Below are positions 26,753 through 39,348 of a stretch of 64,000 bases of DNA, in pieces (position 1 is the first letter of the stretch; every line of letters starts with the position of its first letter). This DNA comes from Camelus ferus (lineage: Eukaryota): the NCBI RefSeq assembly GCF_009834535.1, contig NC_045696.1, positions 14,076,001 through 14,140,000 of the forward strand, in the 5' to 3' direction. A model generated the notes under the pieces. The model saw nothing but the letters and a program-made list of their open reading frames with translations. It ran no database searches and was not told the DNA's origin. A program made the translations under genes and the position numbers.

Positions 26753-26920
26753 TCAGAAGAAGCCAGAAGACCAGTATCTTCCACAGCAGCATGGGCGGTA
26801 GCAAGAATATCCATAGCCACCATAGCCACATCCATAGCCACCGTAGCCACATCCATAGCCACATCCCAGGCCACCATAGCCATAGCCCAGGCCACCATAG
26901 TAGTTGTTGTAGAAGCTCAT
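26753..26920 (-). CDS. KRTAP22-1: KRTAP22-1-like protein, copy B (55 aa)
   Basis: Hand translation: [62 protein letters not shown](-) at 26997-27003, ATTAAA(-) at 26479-26484. Below the track length cutoff. Confidence 0.88.
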   Translation of the reverse strand: MSFYNNYYGGLGYGYGGLGCGYGCGYGGYGCGYGGYGYSCYRPCCCGRYWSSGFF

Positions 26921-27841
26921 TATGTGAGAAGAAGGAGTCTCAGTTGAAGGGCAGAGTTAGTTTCAAGAGTTTTAATTTTATAGTCTGCACAGGGCCTTAT
27001 ATACCGAGTGGTATGTGGGGCAAACCACAAGCTCTGTTGTATTCATATTCCAAACTAATTGGCATTAAAACTATCTCAGGAATTCCTCATAACAAATATA
27101 TCCAACATAAGACATCTGTGCTGTGTGTCATGGTGCCTATCATGAAATCATATGTTTTAATGAGAAATTCTGCTATTTCAATGTTAAACTATTTTACTAG
27201 CAACCATGAGAGCATATGACACATGCAGATTCAACACATTAAAAATCCTAGTTTTATTTTTAATAATATCCTCCTTCAATTTTCATATATGCATCCTTGG
27301 GAATAAAAGTGTGGTTTCAAAGTAGTAGAGAATAATGGAAAGTTTGTGAAGTAGACTTGTTAAAAGACATCCAGAAGATATAGAGAAGACATAATAGAGT
27401 TTATTTATAAATGAATGATTAATGCATTTTTATTAATTTTGTAGACCAATATTACTCACTTTGATTTATACTTCATATATACATATGAAGGACACTAAGA
27501 ATATATATACATATATTGAGGACACTATATATGTATATATGTTTTTGTATATGATCAAAAGCCATGATTGAATCCCTGAGGTTTAAAGCCATGAACTATA
27601 GTTATATAGAAATAGAAGGATTTATTTTATTAGTAGTTTGAGCTTAAAAAAATCTATTCCAGATACTCTCAAAGATTTACTGACATCATGAAAGTCCTGC
27701 TATGACACAGTGAAATAAACATGTCTCTTTGGTATCTTGTCTAAAATGTATAACCCCAACTTTCTTATGAGAATACAGACAGACCCAAATTAAAGAACAT
27801 ACAACAAAACATTTGGCCCTTTGAAATTGTCAATGACTTTA

Positions 27842-28031
27842 TTTTTTTTAACATTTTTTATTGATTTATAATCATTTTACAATGTTGTGTCAAATTCCAG
27901 TGTAGAGCACAATTTTTCAGTTATACATGAACATGTATATTCATTGTCACATTTTTTTCTCTGTGAGCCTCTACAAGATCTTGTATATATTTCCCTGTGC
28001 TATACAGTATAATCTTGTTTATCTGTTCCCA
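27842..28031 (-). mobile_element. Young 5'-truncated L1 3' end (~190 bp)
   Basis: Poly-T head followed by L1 3'UTR-like text ('ttccctgtgctatacagta'). TSD gtcaatg(a/c)cttta at 27829-27841 and 28032-28044; empty site in U3 at ~45305. Confidence 0.85.
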
Positions 28032-31000
28032 GTCAATGCCTTTAAAGTTAAAGAAAGACTGAGAAACTCTCACCAACTGGAGGACACTAAGAATAAGACA
28101 ATCAAAAGACATGTGGGAATCTTGAACTGGATCCTGGAACAGCAGGAAAATTATGAAATTCAAATAAACTTTATAGATTACTAGAGAATATTGTACAAGG
28201 TTGATTTTTTAAAATTTTACTTGGTTGTGAAAAAATCAACAAAGGTATAACTGAGTACAGGGTATGTTTTTGAAACTTTGATAACTCTAAAATTATTTCA
28301 AAATAAAGAAGGAGATGTTTTAGATGCTCCTTTATTGTATTGATTTGGTCATTTATTAATTCTTTCCTACATCAAAATTAAGAATTAGTTGTAGGTTAGG
28401 GATCATTATGAGCACAGAGGATGGTACAGTGAACAGAACAGACAAGAACCCCATTGCTGTGGAGTTTATACTCTGGACTAAGCAAGGGCAGTAAATGAAG
28501 GTAGACATTTGAAGGCAAATTCTCAAAGTGAATGAGATAATTTCTAATAGTTATGAGTCTATTTAAATAATAAGTCAAGACAAGGTAAGGTAAATTTAAA
28601 GATTATTGGTGAGAGATTACTTCAAGATGGATGTTCAGGGAAATCCTCTCTGAGAGATCCAAGGGAAGAGAAGGTTCTAGCTTTATGCTCTTACTTTCAC
28701 AGGATCAGTAACTCAAATGCAAAGGCTTTAAGTTGGAAACAGACTTGGTACACCTGGAGAGCAGAAAGGTCACTGATTCATATGAAAGTTAATGGGAACC
28801 ATAGGAAAGGAAGAGTGTTATTAGATGGGCTCATAGATGTACTCAAGACTATAAACAAGCAGACTATCAAAGCTGCACTTTCTATGCTTTGACTTGCCAG
28901 ATACAGAAAATACAAATATTAGAAACTCAGATACATTGGATTTTCAGATAAACATTTTTTATATAAGCAAATTCCATTAAATATTTGGGAAACTCAATAT
29001 TCTGAATTTCAAAATTCTTAAATTCAAATTTAACTGAGTGTCTGGTATAATCCAGCAATTTTAATGCAAGAAGGCACTGTGAGAGTCCTGATCTGAAGTT
29101 TATGTCTTGCATGATTTAAGATGTAGAAAAATGTTGTGGGGGGAACATTCAGGGTTATGAAGAATCATGAACTCAGTTTCAGTTTGTAAAAATGTTTAAT
29201 GACAATTAACAACCTAAGAAAATGTCAAATGATCATTTGGATAAATAACAGACTTAGAAAGGTGAATTGAGCTTAACTGCCTAAGGTAACATTTCCAAAG
29301 TAATCCATCCCAAGAGATTTTAAATAGAAACTGTAAGAGGGGCAAGCAGCTAGCTGGGCACCCTCACATTTGAGAAGAAAATCTGAAGAAAAATAATGAG
29401 ATAGGATACTGAAAAGGAGCAGCTGGAGACATTGTAATTAAACCAAATGTGAGTGGTAGGGTGCAAGTAATGATTGTAGAGTTTTTCAGGAATGAAAAGG
29501 GAAGCTGGTGAAGGTGAGTGTTACTCAGAGTCTTGGTAAAATGAAGACAGAACCTCTAGATTTGGCCTTGAGGTGTCAATGATCCCTGCAGGAGCACTTT
29601 TAGTAGAGTGATGGGGATGAAAGTCCAAACGGTGTGAGAAAAGGAATAAAGAGAGAATAGAAAGTAACCATGGAAATACTTACGATGTTTTGCAAGGGAA
29701 GTAGAAAATGGAATATTAGCTGGAGAGGATTGAAGAGACAAAGAGTTTTTTTGTTCTACTTTTGATTGGAATGTATTTAAGAACAGTATATTGTTCAGAA
29801 AATCACAGCAGAAAAAAACATTTTTCAGGGAATCTCATTGGGTGCAATTCCCCCTGTTATGACTGGAGAGAGGAATGTGATTCTTTAGAAGAAACGAATT
29901 AACTCCACAAAATAAATTCTATGGATAAACAACCTACTAAATGTTATTAGGGACACTGTTTTGTACAAAATAATAATGTCTTTTATGACTGCTTTAATCA
30001 AATATCCCTCCCCCGCCAAAAAAAAAGTCAATTATAGTCTTTTTTTAATTGAATAAGGCAATTTAATCATACTAATTTCAAGTGATGTTCTAAGAACTTA
30101 GCCTAGAGGAAGATTGATCATCATGTTATTTAAATAAGATTTTACTGGAAACTTATTTTAAGTTATCCCTTGATTGACCTTGCATTGCGATAGTTGAGGC
30201 TGTTTTTATTTTCTGCATGGGAAATTTGAAAATGATATAGTAATGATGTTTTGTAAATCTAATATTTCAACCCAGCTAATGATGAATAAAAGTCACAATA
30301 CTGTATCTACTTTTTAAAAATGAACCTATCAAATACACACATGGAACATTCAAAAACACATATTGGTTGACTAGATGAATGCATTAGGTCAGACCCTTAG
30401 TGTAAAATCCAAAGAAGCATTTTTTGACTTACTAGACATAATTCTCAAGACAGATGAAATGGAATATTTTAAAAAATCTTGTGGCTTCATGTTTATGATC
30501 TCCAGAGAAGAAATGACTAAAATACAGGGGATGCCCTACATTTTCTATTCTCTGTCCCTTTCTAAGGTTATGAGAAGATATGTAAGAATAATATTTTGAC
30601 TCAGAAATATCATTAGAATAACAGAAACCTACTGATAGATTACACATGTATTTGTGGATAATGCCACCTCTCTACGTATATTCTCTTAAAGATACAAAGT
30701 ATATTTTAACTGTAATATGAACTAGTCTCACTTTTCTGGTGCCTCCTAATGGGAGGATTATCTCATTAACTTGAAAAAAGATGGTAATAATGCTAGGGCT
30801 ATGCAAGAGAATTCAGTGTGACTGGTACAAGGTGAGTAATGATTGGACAGATTGATGAAGGACCAGACCTCTATTCATCACACTGATAAATGTAGATATA
30901 TGATGTTACTCTATTGGTTACTTAGAATATAATTCTAATATTAATGAGAAAGCTAACTAATTTGTATAAATGTGTACTCAATTTAGAAAAACAAAGTGGA

Positions 31001-31439
31001 GAAATTGGATTCCAAGGAATCACTTCTGTTTTGCAGTCCTCCAGTGGAAATTGAACAAAAAGTGTTTATACTCATCAGCATAAGTAAAAAAGTACAATAC
31101 ATTTTGCCCAGACTTTTTTTTTGGAAATTTTAATTAATTGGATTATTATCAACATCATGGGATTGAAAGACACACTATGCTTTCAATATAGAAAAGAAAC
31201 TGAATCCCTAAAGAAGATAATTAATTTGCATCAAGAAGAGAAAAATCCACAAGTCAAAAGAAGTGTTGGTATTATGAAAATTTAAAAAAAAATAGTGAAA
31301 CTAACTGGGACCAAGAGCAAATAAGAGTGAGACTAACAAATGTCATCTCTCTTCATATAAAGGATGGTTCCAAGAGGTAAGATGAACTTGTAATTGGGGG
31401 CAGGACTGTGTAGGTGGGAGTGGGTTCTCCTCTCATTGA

Positions 31440-31701
31440 AACCCTCAATTGGATGAGTCCCAACTGAGAAACCAAGACAGCAAGCACCCTGAATTTCTCT
31501 GAAGCTTTATCTTATGGTTGAGGAACAACAAACTAATTAGATTACTCATAAAGTTTGGCAACGTCATGAAGGTGTGGAGGGTCACACCCACACTGAGGAC
31601 TTATAAAAGGTCCTCTGCAGGGAGACATGTCCACCCTGAAGTGACACTTCTACTCTCCTTCTACCCAAGGACAACCTCAACCCAAAACCAACACCAACAC
31701 C
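31440..31701 (+). promoter_or_regulatory. KRTAP6 proximal promoter/5'UTR type b (also upstream of copies 2, 5 and 6)
   Basis: Near-identical ~260 bp block with (G/C)TCATAAA (posterior-HOX-like), ACGTCA, CACACCC and TATAAAA. Confidence 0.75.
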
Positions 31702-31923
31702 ATGTGTGGCTACTACGGAAACTACTATGGGGGCCGTGGCTATGGCTGCTGTGGCTACGGAGGCCTTGGCTGCGGCTACGGGTCCTGCTATGGCTGTGGC
31801 TTCCGCAGACTGGGCTGTGGCTATGGCTGTGGCTATGGCTTTGGCTCCCGCTCTCTCTGTGGCTGTGGCTATGGGTGTGGCTCTGGCTCTGGCTCTGGCT
31901 CTGGCTTTGGCTACTACTATTGA
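31702..31923 (+). CDS. KRTAP6: KRTAP6-family protein, copy 3 (73 aa, long form with GSRSLCG)
   Basis: Matches the ORF track entry 31702..31923. TATAAAA at 31602-31608, AATAAA at 32191-32196. The RSLCG segment is as recalled for human/sheep KRTAP6-1. Confidence 0.95.
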   Translation: MCGYYGNYYGGRGYGCCGYGGLGCGYGSCYGCGFRRLGCGYGCGYGFGSRSLCGCGYGCGSGSGSGSGFGYYY

Positions 31924-34900
31924 GGGCACCATGGAAGACTCTCATCCTCTCCACCTGGACCTCAGGATTCCCCAGTTCTGAATCCCTCATGTTCTGAGTC
32001 TTCTTGAAGACTTGCCTTCCTGTGTCCTTGGATCTAATACACCAACCTTTCCCTTTCTGTATTTAACTCCTAAAAAAGTGGAAGAATGTGAAATTCATTT
32101 GAGAACTCTATTCATGGTCTCTCATTGGAATGATGCCATCACAGAAACTGCCTTTTGACTTTCATGCAGGAGCCATTTCTCTGTTTTCCTAATAAACCTG
32201 TTCAATCTGGAATAATAAACCTATTTCTTTTTTTTTATTTAAAGTGTCATATTTGTCATTTTGACTTCCTTTTTCCTTCTTGAACTAAAGGAAATAATTT
32301 TCTTACTTAGGGAATATCTTCTTTGAATATTTCTACCAAATCCTTGAATTTGACATAAGAAAGCAGAAATCTTATAGCCCTCAGTGTTCTGCTCTGTTAA
32401 AGCAGTGATACGTGTTTGTTGGTCTATCATTAGGATTGAAGTTATATTTCCCAATATAGTTAACTATTGCCTGAAAACACTATGTACTACAAGAGAATTA
32501 TACTAAAATCTTCCTCTGTGTGAAATCCTTTAGAAAATACAATGTTGATACTCATTTATCCAATTTTAATCTTAAGTTTAGGTATATTTAAACAAGAGGT
32601 GTTTCCTGTTCTTGCCTAGCAGAACAGGTAGAAAAGTTTAAACCTACCCTGCCTCCACCAAATGTTTAAGTGCCCTGAACTGTGGCTTTATTTTTTTGAA
32701 AAAGTGACACCTTTTTTAACATCCAATCCATATTTCAGTTCAGAGCCATTTAATGGCATTTGATACTCTTGTTTGTCTTGAAGTTTTTCTTTCCTGTGAC
32801 TTGTGTAATTTCACAATTGTAGCTGTAATCCTTTGTTTCTCCATAATTTTCTGGGACTAATGTATCTGTTGACTTGTCAATTATCTCCTCTTGATATGGA
32901 ATTTCTAGCTCTTGGGTTGGACAGGAATGAATTTAAGTGCTGTATTAATATAAGATCATGGATATATCGCCATTAATTTTGGTCCAAGGTAGTAAAGTTG
33001 AAGCCAAAGAAAGAAGTAAGATCCCTGGAAAGATAAGAAAATAAAGAGACCATTTTTTTAAAAGCCATTCTTTTATGAAAACTTGTCTTTCTTGTTTACT
33101 TTATATTTGAAGCTTAGGATTTAATGGTATGCTATTTAATTTAATGGCATGCAAAAATTGGATGGCCTATGCTTGCCCGTCTCAAAAAATTAAAACTAAT
33201 TTGGCTTGCCTATGGGTTGTAATTATTGAACACAAATAAAATAAATAATGACTCAAATTCGATAATAGATCCTTAGTTATAGACTGATAAGATTGTTATT
33301 GATTGTAATTTTCCAAAACACATGTCTGAATGTAAGTAAAGTTGGTACACATTCTTAGCTGCTCTAACATATTTAACTTGAATCTAAAAGCCACCACTAA
33401 CAGTCCCAAACATCTCCTTTTTAATCACAATAGCTTGTTCACTTGTCTCAAGTCTTCACGTTATGAATATTTCCAACTAAAACTGAAATTCAAATGATCC
33501 CTTTACATCTTATTCTATTTCACAATTGTGTCTCTTTTTCTTTACAATGAAGACTCTGAACTCCAATTACATCACTATATTTACTCTAGTCTACCTTACC
33601 CCCAAAATGCACTGTGAATTGCCACATTGAAAACAATACCCATTAGCAGTATTTTTAGCATTAGAACGTATCTTACCAAGGATTGTAGAGTATTGTGCTC
33701 AACTTTGATGTGAATTAATTTTCTTCCTGAGTAATTAATTATACCAACCATTTTATCTATAGAATTATTTTGTTTCTATTTATATTCAATCATAGGTACA
33801 TTAGTTCTTTTTAAATATGTTGAATGTTTATGTGGTTCAAAAATCAGAATTACATAAAAACATATACTCAGAGAATTCTCACTCTATGGTTTACCCCTCC
33901 ATCCCAATCCCACTCACCACTATATGAAGCATTTTCATTTTTCTCTCCTTATTTCAGAAACAAGCATACATTTTATTTATGCTGTATATATTCGTTAAGG
34001 TATTCTTGTTTACCCCTCTTTATTATTCAAAGGGTGCGTATTTTTTTCACTCTTTCATTTAATATTTAATCTTTTTTTTTGTACTTTTTACTCTTTTTAG
34101 CCTCTATGCTCACATTCATTCTTTCAAACAGGAAGCACTTAAATTTAGACATTAAAAAATGAATCATTGTAGATTCTAGTACTCTAATAATAATACTTTT
34201 CTAGATATAAATGTATTTCTCCCAGAATTTAATTTTTGAAAAATCTCTGTCCTTCAGTTAAGTCTCAAAAGAAGCACTGTGAACACATAAATACTGTTCA
34301 CCTAGATTGATTTGGCAGTTATTAATAGCTTGCTAGTTTTGTTTCCTCTCTGTCTTGCTGTCTCTCTGTCTCTCCCTCTCTCTCTTTCTCTATTTCTATA
34401 CACACACATGGATACTCAAAACATTATTCCTGAAACGTTTGAAAATACGTTGCAGACTTCATGACACTTCATACTGAAATGAATAGTATAGCTCCACACT
34501 TAACCACAATTCCATTATCACAAAAATAAATATAGCTTTTATACAATACTATTGTCTCATTCATAATCCTTGTCCAATATTTCTCCAATTGTTTTTATAA
34601 CATTTATTTTTGATATAGAATAAAATTAATGGGAATTACCACATTTTGCAGTTATGGTCTGTTGTAATCTAGCATTTCATGAAGTCTAGAACATTTCCCC
34701 AGACTTTTATTATTTCATGATGTTAACACTACAAGACAATTATTTACTAAAATATGTCACAATCTGCTTTTTTCTGATTGTATAAACTATAATATTTGTA
34801 TATTTCATAAATAAATATTTTTAAGACAAAGATTAAAATCATTAGATATGCGAAAAATTAAGAAAGTGATGGTTCAATCAAGCATTGAGTGGGTAACTGT

Positions 34901-35124
34901 GTGTTCTACAACAAAGTCTAAGAACAAAATTAAACATATGAAGCATGAACAATGTATCATTGAGAGCTCTGTTTAAGAGGTAGATCACTTAAAGACTTTA
35001 ATAGTAATTTTTTTTTATATTTTTGACTGGATTGATCCCAAAACATGTATATTTTATTTAAATGTTGTGCATTCAACTTTGGTAGCCGTCTTCTGGAATT
35101 ATTTTGTACAGTAGTACTCCATAG

Positions 35125-35485
35125 AATACTGTGATATCCAACCCGTCCCCCCTTCAACAATGAAGAAATTGCAGTCCAGCTGCTGACAGCATTCCAGGCA
35201 GAATGCCATCAGCTGACAGCCCATCAAAGGAACTGCCTCAGTGGAAAAGCACCTCTCTCAAGAGGTCATGTCCACTTCCTGCAGCCAGCCCATGATGACT
35301 GATTGGTGTAAGGTATAGTGACACACCTTGCTCGAACCCAGCAACTCTTGGGACATCTCAACTTCAGAGTCTCCAGACAATTCTCTGAGGTCTCCACTGA
35401 GCCTACAGCCAACTAAACTTTCCCCTCTGTCTGAGTCTGCTTTCTTCCCTTTGTTTTCATAATACTCATCCATGAATCAATTACT
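35125..35485 (+). mobile_element. ERVL-type solo LTR (LTR16-like) within old L1 debris
   Basis: GC-richer island 'cagctgctgacagc...tcagctgacagccc...aacttcagagtctcc'. Subfamily uncertain. Confidence 0.5.
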
Positions 35486-36169
35486 CCTATAAAGCTTTCA
35501 TAGAAAAACAATTTAATCCAGGATCATGCTATGGATCCACTTGTCATGCTGTCTAGTCTTTTCCATAACCTTAATATTTTTGTAGATTATAGGAGATTTT
35601 TTCTGTTAGAATATTCCACAGTTTGGACTTGTCAAAAGTTTCCTACTAATTAGAACAAAGTTAGGCATTTTATCAAGTAAATAAAGGAAGTAATTATGTT
35701 TGGTTTTATTGTATCCTTCAGGTAGGCACTTGCAGGTGATGTCTTCCATCAGTGATAGTTAATGTTGTCACTTGATCAATATGTTGAGAACCAGATTTCT
35801 CTGCTTGAAAGTTACTTTTATTATTCTTTTAGCAATTAAAAAGTATTTTCGTAGAGATATTTTGTGAATATATAAGTATTCCACTCATATTCCAAAGCTT
35901 ACCCCTACTCCTACCATTTATTTTTCTTTCTTGCCTCAATTATTTATTACGATGATGAATTGCAAATATTGACTTTTCCGATTTTCATTATTTTTTCTCA
36001 AATATATTAACTGGCATTCTACCTCAAGCAAGTTTTACTTTCCACTTGATTTTTCATTTATTTATACCAGTCTAAATTCATGGATTTCTATTATAAATAA
36101 TCCATTATCATTATAATAGGGGTAGCAACTCTCAGACTCTCTCATCAGCTGGAATGTGTATATAATTAT

Positions 36170-36340
36170 AGTGCACTAAGATTTAGGTCACGCCTATGAT
36201 GTTGGGCGAATTGTGTAACTCCTTTGACCTTGGCATTCTTACATAAAATTTACAAACTATTCTCAGATTTTTATGAGAATTAAACATGTTAAAATATGCA
36301 AAGCATTTAGAACATGCCTGGGGTTTAATAAATGTTTCAT
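36170..36340 (+). mobile_element. MIR SINE remnant (a second, antisense MIR lies at ~36530-36710)
   Basis: 'atgagaattaaacatgttaaaatatgcaaagcatttagaacatgcctgg' matches the MIR 3' end. Confidence 0.65.
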
Positions 36341-38929
36341 ATGTGTTATCATTTCATATGTGTTATCATTAACACATATCATTTCATATGTGTTATGCAT
36401 TGTTTTTTCTGTGTCTTTGACTACGTAAGACAATCCTCTGTTTATCTTGCCTGGTGCTGTTCATAGAATTCTATGTCAAAACTTTGTGTAACTTTATAAT
36501 GGTTATTTTAACAGTTGCAGTAATAATTAAAAACCAATTATTAGTTGTATATCATGGGGCAACTGCTGTGTGAAGTAGCTTATGTGCACTATCTCACATA
36601 ATCCTCAGACCAACCTTAAGATGTGATAAAATTCTCTCCATTTTACTACGTCAAAAAAGTAAGGGTATGAAGTAACTTACTCAAGGCACAAGTCTCAAAA
36701 CCACATGCTTTTTTGCCTCTTTGTATAGAAATATAAATTATTAATGTTTCTCATAATGTCTAAACTAAATATTTGGGAAGATCAAATTTATGTTTTGGAA
36801 CTTCCCTTCCTAAAAATCTTTCATTAAATGTTCTCCTGCTCCTTTTCCCTCTGTCACTTTTTTTGTGAAATTCTTACTCTCCTATATTGAATACCTAGAA
36901 TTTATTCTGCATAGCTCACATTTTTGTATAATTTTTATCTATTTACAATTTTACTCCAAATTCTAAGAGAATTTCTGAATTTTGCACCGTACCCTGTCTC
37001 ACCTCATATTACTGGCTTAGCATTGGAATGGATATTTACTTTGGGAAATTAGCTCTTTCATGACAAACAAATATTTCCTTTTTCCGTATTTTGCGATTTG
37101 CCTGTAGATCTGTTAGACATTTATAATTACATGGCTCTTAAATATTATAAAATCTAAAATGAAAAAATATGTCAAAATATTCTTTCTAACAGCACTATTT
37201 CAAAAACTGGGCTCATTCTGAGTCCTCTGATTGATCTCCTAATTTTGAATAGCTGGTTATTTTCCTGTAGTTCTATTCTTAAAAAGATTGTCCCAAGCAA
37301 ACCCAGTAGTGAGACTAAAGATTTATTCTACTAAAATTTATGCATGTTCATATGTAAAGCTCTCATACAGAGACAACTTTAAAGAAAGATATTTAGATTT
37401 TTTTGGTTTCAGTTTGCCTAATTAGGAGTATCCATTATTCTTGAGGGAGACATCAGTTCATCAGAAAGAGCTCACTGTTTATAACACCATATAAAAGACT
37501 TTGTGTATGTATTTTACTCACTTCCCTTTCATCTTCTCCATAGGTGATCTTTTCTTTATTCTAAAAGGAAGCTTAAGCTACTATTTTTTTCTTTCATCCA
37601 ACCTTTTTGTAGGTACGTCAGCAAGCAACATTTTAAGATTCTTGTAGGAGATACTAGTTGGTGCCTCAGCCATATTCCTCTGTGTTAATCATTTCAGTCA
37701 TGGTGGTGTTCCCCTACTGCAAGTCCTTAAGACATTGTGAATGAGGGTTTTCTCCCTGAAAGTAGCAAGATTTGATGGTCCTGGAAGTGCACCTCCCCAG
37801 CTCTCAGTAGAAGAGCAGCAGGTGCACACACACACACACAGAAACACACACACACAAGCACAAGAAGTACCCACAAATATTCATACAGCACACATACATT
37901 CACACAAATAAATGATGTAAATAAAGGAATGCACATTTAGAACTATGCTTCTAAAGGAAAGATAAAATTAGAGTAGTTTTCTAAAGGAAAATTCATGGTG
38001 ACTATGTGCAGACAAAGAGTAGTACTCATTTTATCCTTAGCTACTACACTCTACTGATTCCTAGGGGTTGATTTTTCTTGGAACATAAAATTTCAGAGTG
38101 TTATTTGACTTAACATTTAAATTCAACTATAACCTTCATTGCAGTGATCATTATCATCATCACCATCATCATCTGTATTTTTATATCTTTCACATTATGG
38201 GATACATTACCAAGAGCATGTTTGGTAGGCAAAATCTAGCAGGTTCCATGAAAGATGTCTCTGCCAGTATTATTGTTTTAAATAAAGAAATGCCACAGTC
38301 ACCTTTCAGCCAGATCACAAAGGATACAAATATGTAAATTTTGAAAAAATTATTTCATGAAAAGGTGATTTCATAAATCAAAATCTCATCATTCTATTTA
38401 TTTCTAAATGTGGATTCAGGGTATAAACTTGAAACCATGGGGGAAAACATGTCATATTATAAAGATGGAATGGTAAAAATTTACAAAATATAAATGTAAA
38501 TGAGAAAGAAAAGTCCCGTTTTTTCAGGGCTGGTGTTCCAGATTATCAAACTATTTGCTTTTTTTGTCAAAAGCTTCATGAAGCTGAGTGATAACTATAT
38601 GGCTTTTAGTAGTAAACCATCTCTCATGAGAAAAAAAGAAAAAATCCTATAGAAAAATAATAGATTTGGAGAGAAGGTAATAGAAGGAAAAGTTCAAAGT
38701 TAGGATTGAATACTATAATCTGTTGAATGTCAATAAAAAGAAGGTAAATTTATTGTTTGTCTGGAGCAGCTCAGAATTTGTCAATAAAAATGCTATTTAT
38801 TGACATAAAGATTAATTACAGAAGGATAATTTAAAGATCTCATGAATAAGGCTTTCAGGATGAGACAATTGATTCTCTTAATGGCCCACAGACTGGTTCA
38901 GATATGCTAAAACAAAGCATTATTTCCTC

Positions 38930-39132
38930 ATTGCCTTTGAAGCTATGATTAAACCTGTGTCAACAAATTACTCACATCAGTCCGGAAAATCAGCCCATGA
39001 CATGACCACATGTGGATTCCACTCACACTGAGGACATATAAAAGGCCCTCTGCAGGGAGACATGTCCACCCTGAAGTGACACTTCTACTCTCCTTCTCTA
39101 CCCAAGGACAACCTCAATCCAACACCAACACC
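38930..39132 (+). promoter_or_regulatory. KRTAP6 copy 4 promoter (copy-1-related upstream part, type-b TATA/5'UTR) with CTTTGAAG
   Basis: CTTTGAAG at 38935-38942 (LEF1/TCF consensus); TATAAAA at 39037-39043. Confidence 0.6.
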
Positions 39133-39348
39133 ATGTGCGGCTACTACGGAAACTACTACGGGGGCCGTGGCTATGGCTGCTGTGGCTACGGAGGCCTGGG
39201 CTGCGGCTACGGGTCCTGCTATGGCTGTGGCTTCCGCAGACTGGGCTGTGGCTATGGCTGTGGCTATGGCTTTGGCTCCCGCTCTCTCTGTGGCTGTGGC
39301 TATGGGTGTGGCTCTGGCTGTGGCTCTGGCTTTGGCTACTACTATTGA
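39133..39348 (+). CDS. KRTAP6: KRTAP6-family protein, copy 4 (71 aa, long form)
   Basis: The true start is ACC-ATG at 39133 inside track ORF 39010..39348. TATAAAA at 39037-39043, AATAAA at 39633-39638. Confidence 0.95.
   Translation: MCGYYGNYYGGRGYGCCGYGGLGCGYGSCYGCGFRRLGCGYGCGYGFGSRSLCGCGYGCGSGCGSGFGYYY

Larger units (their letters stand above)
21626..31701. repeat. Segmental duplication unit U2
   Basis: End-to-end collinear with U3 and U4, apart from indels. Confidence 0.93.

Noticed and set aside
39010..39132. N-terminally extended KRTAP6 forms in the track (39010, 48262, 56862) and KRTAP22 to 17246
   Set aside because: The KRTAP6 upstream ATGs lie 5' of the TATA box and the extension is out of frame in copies 2 and 3. 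The 17246 start is a TTG from the ORF caller.
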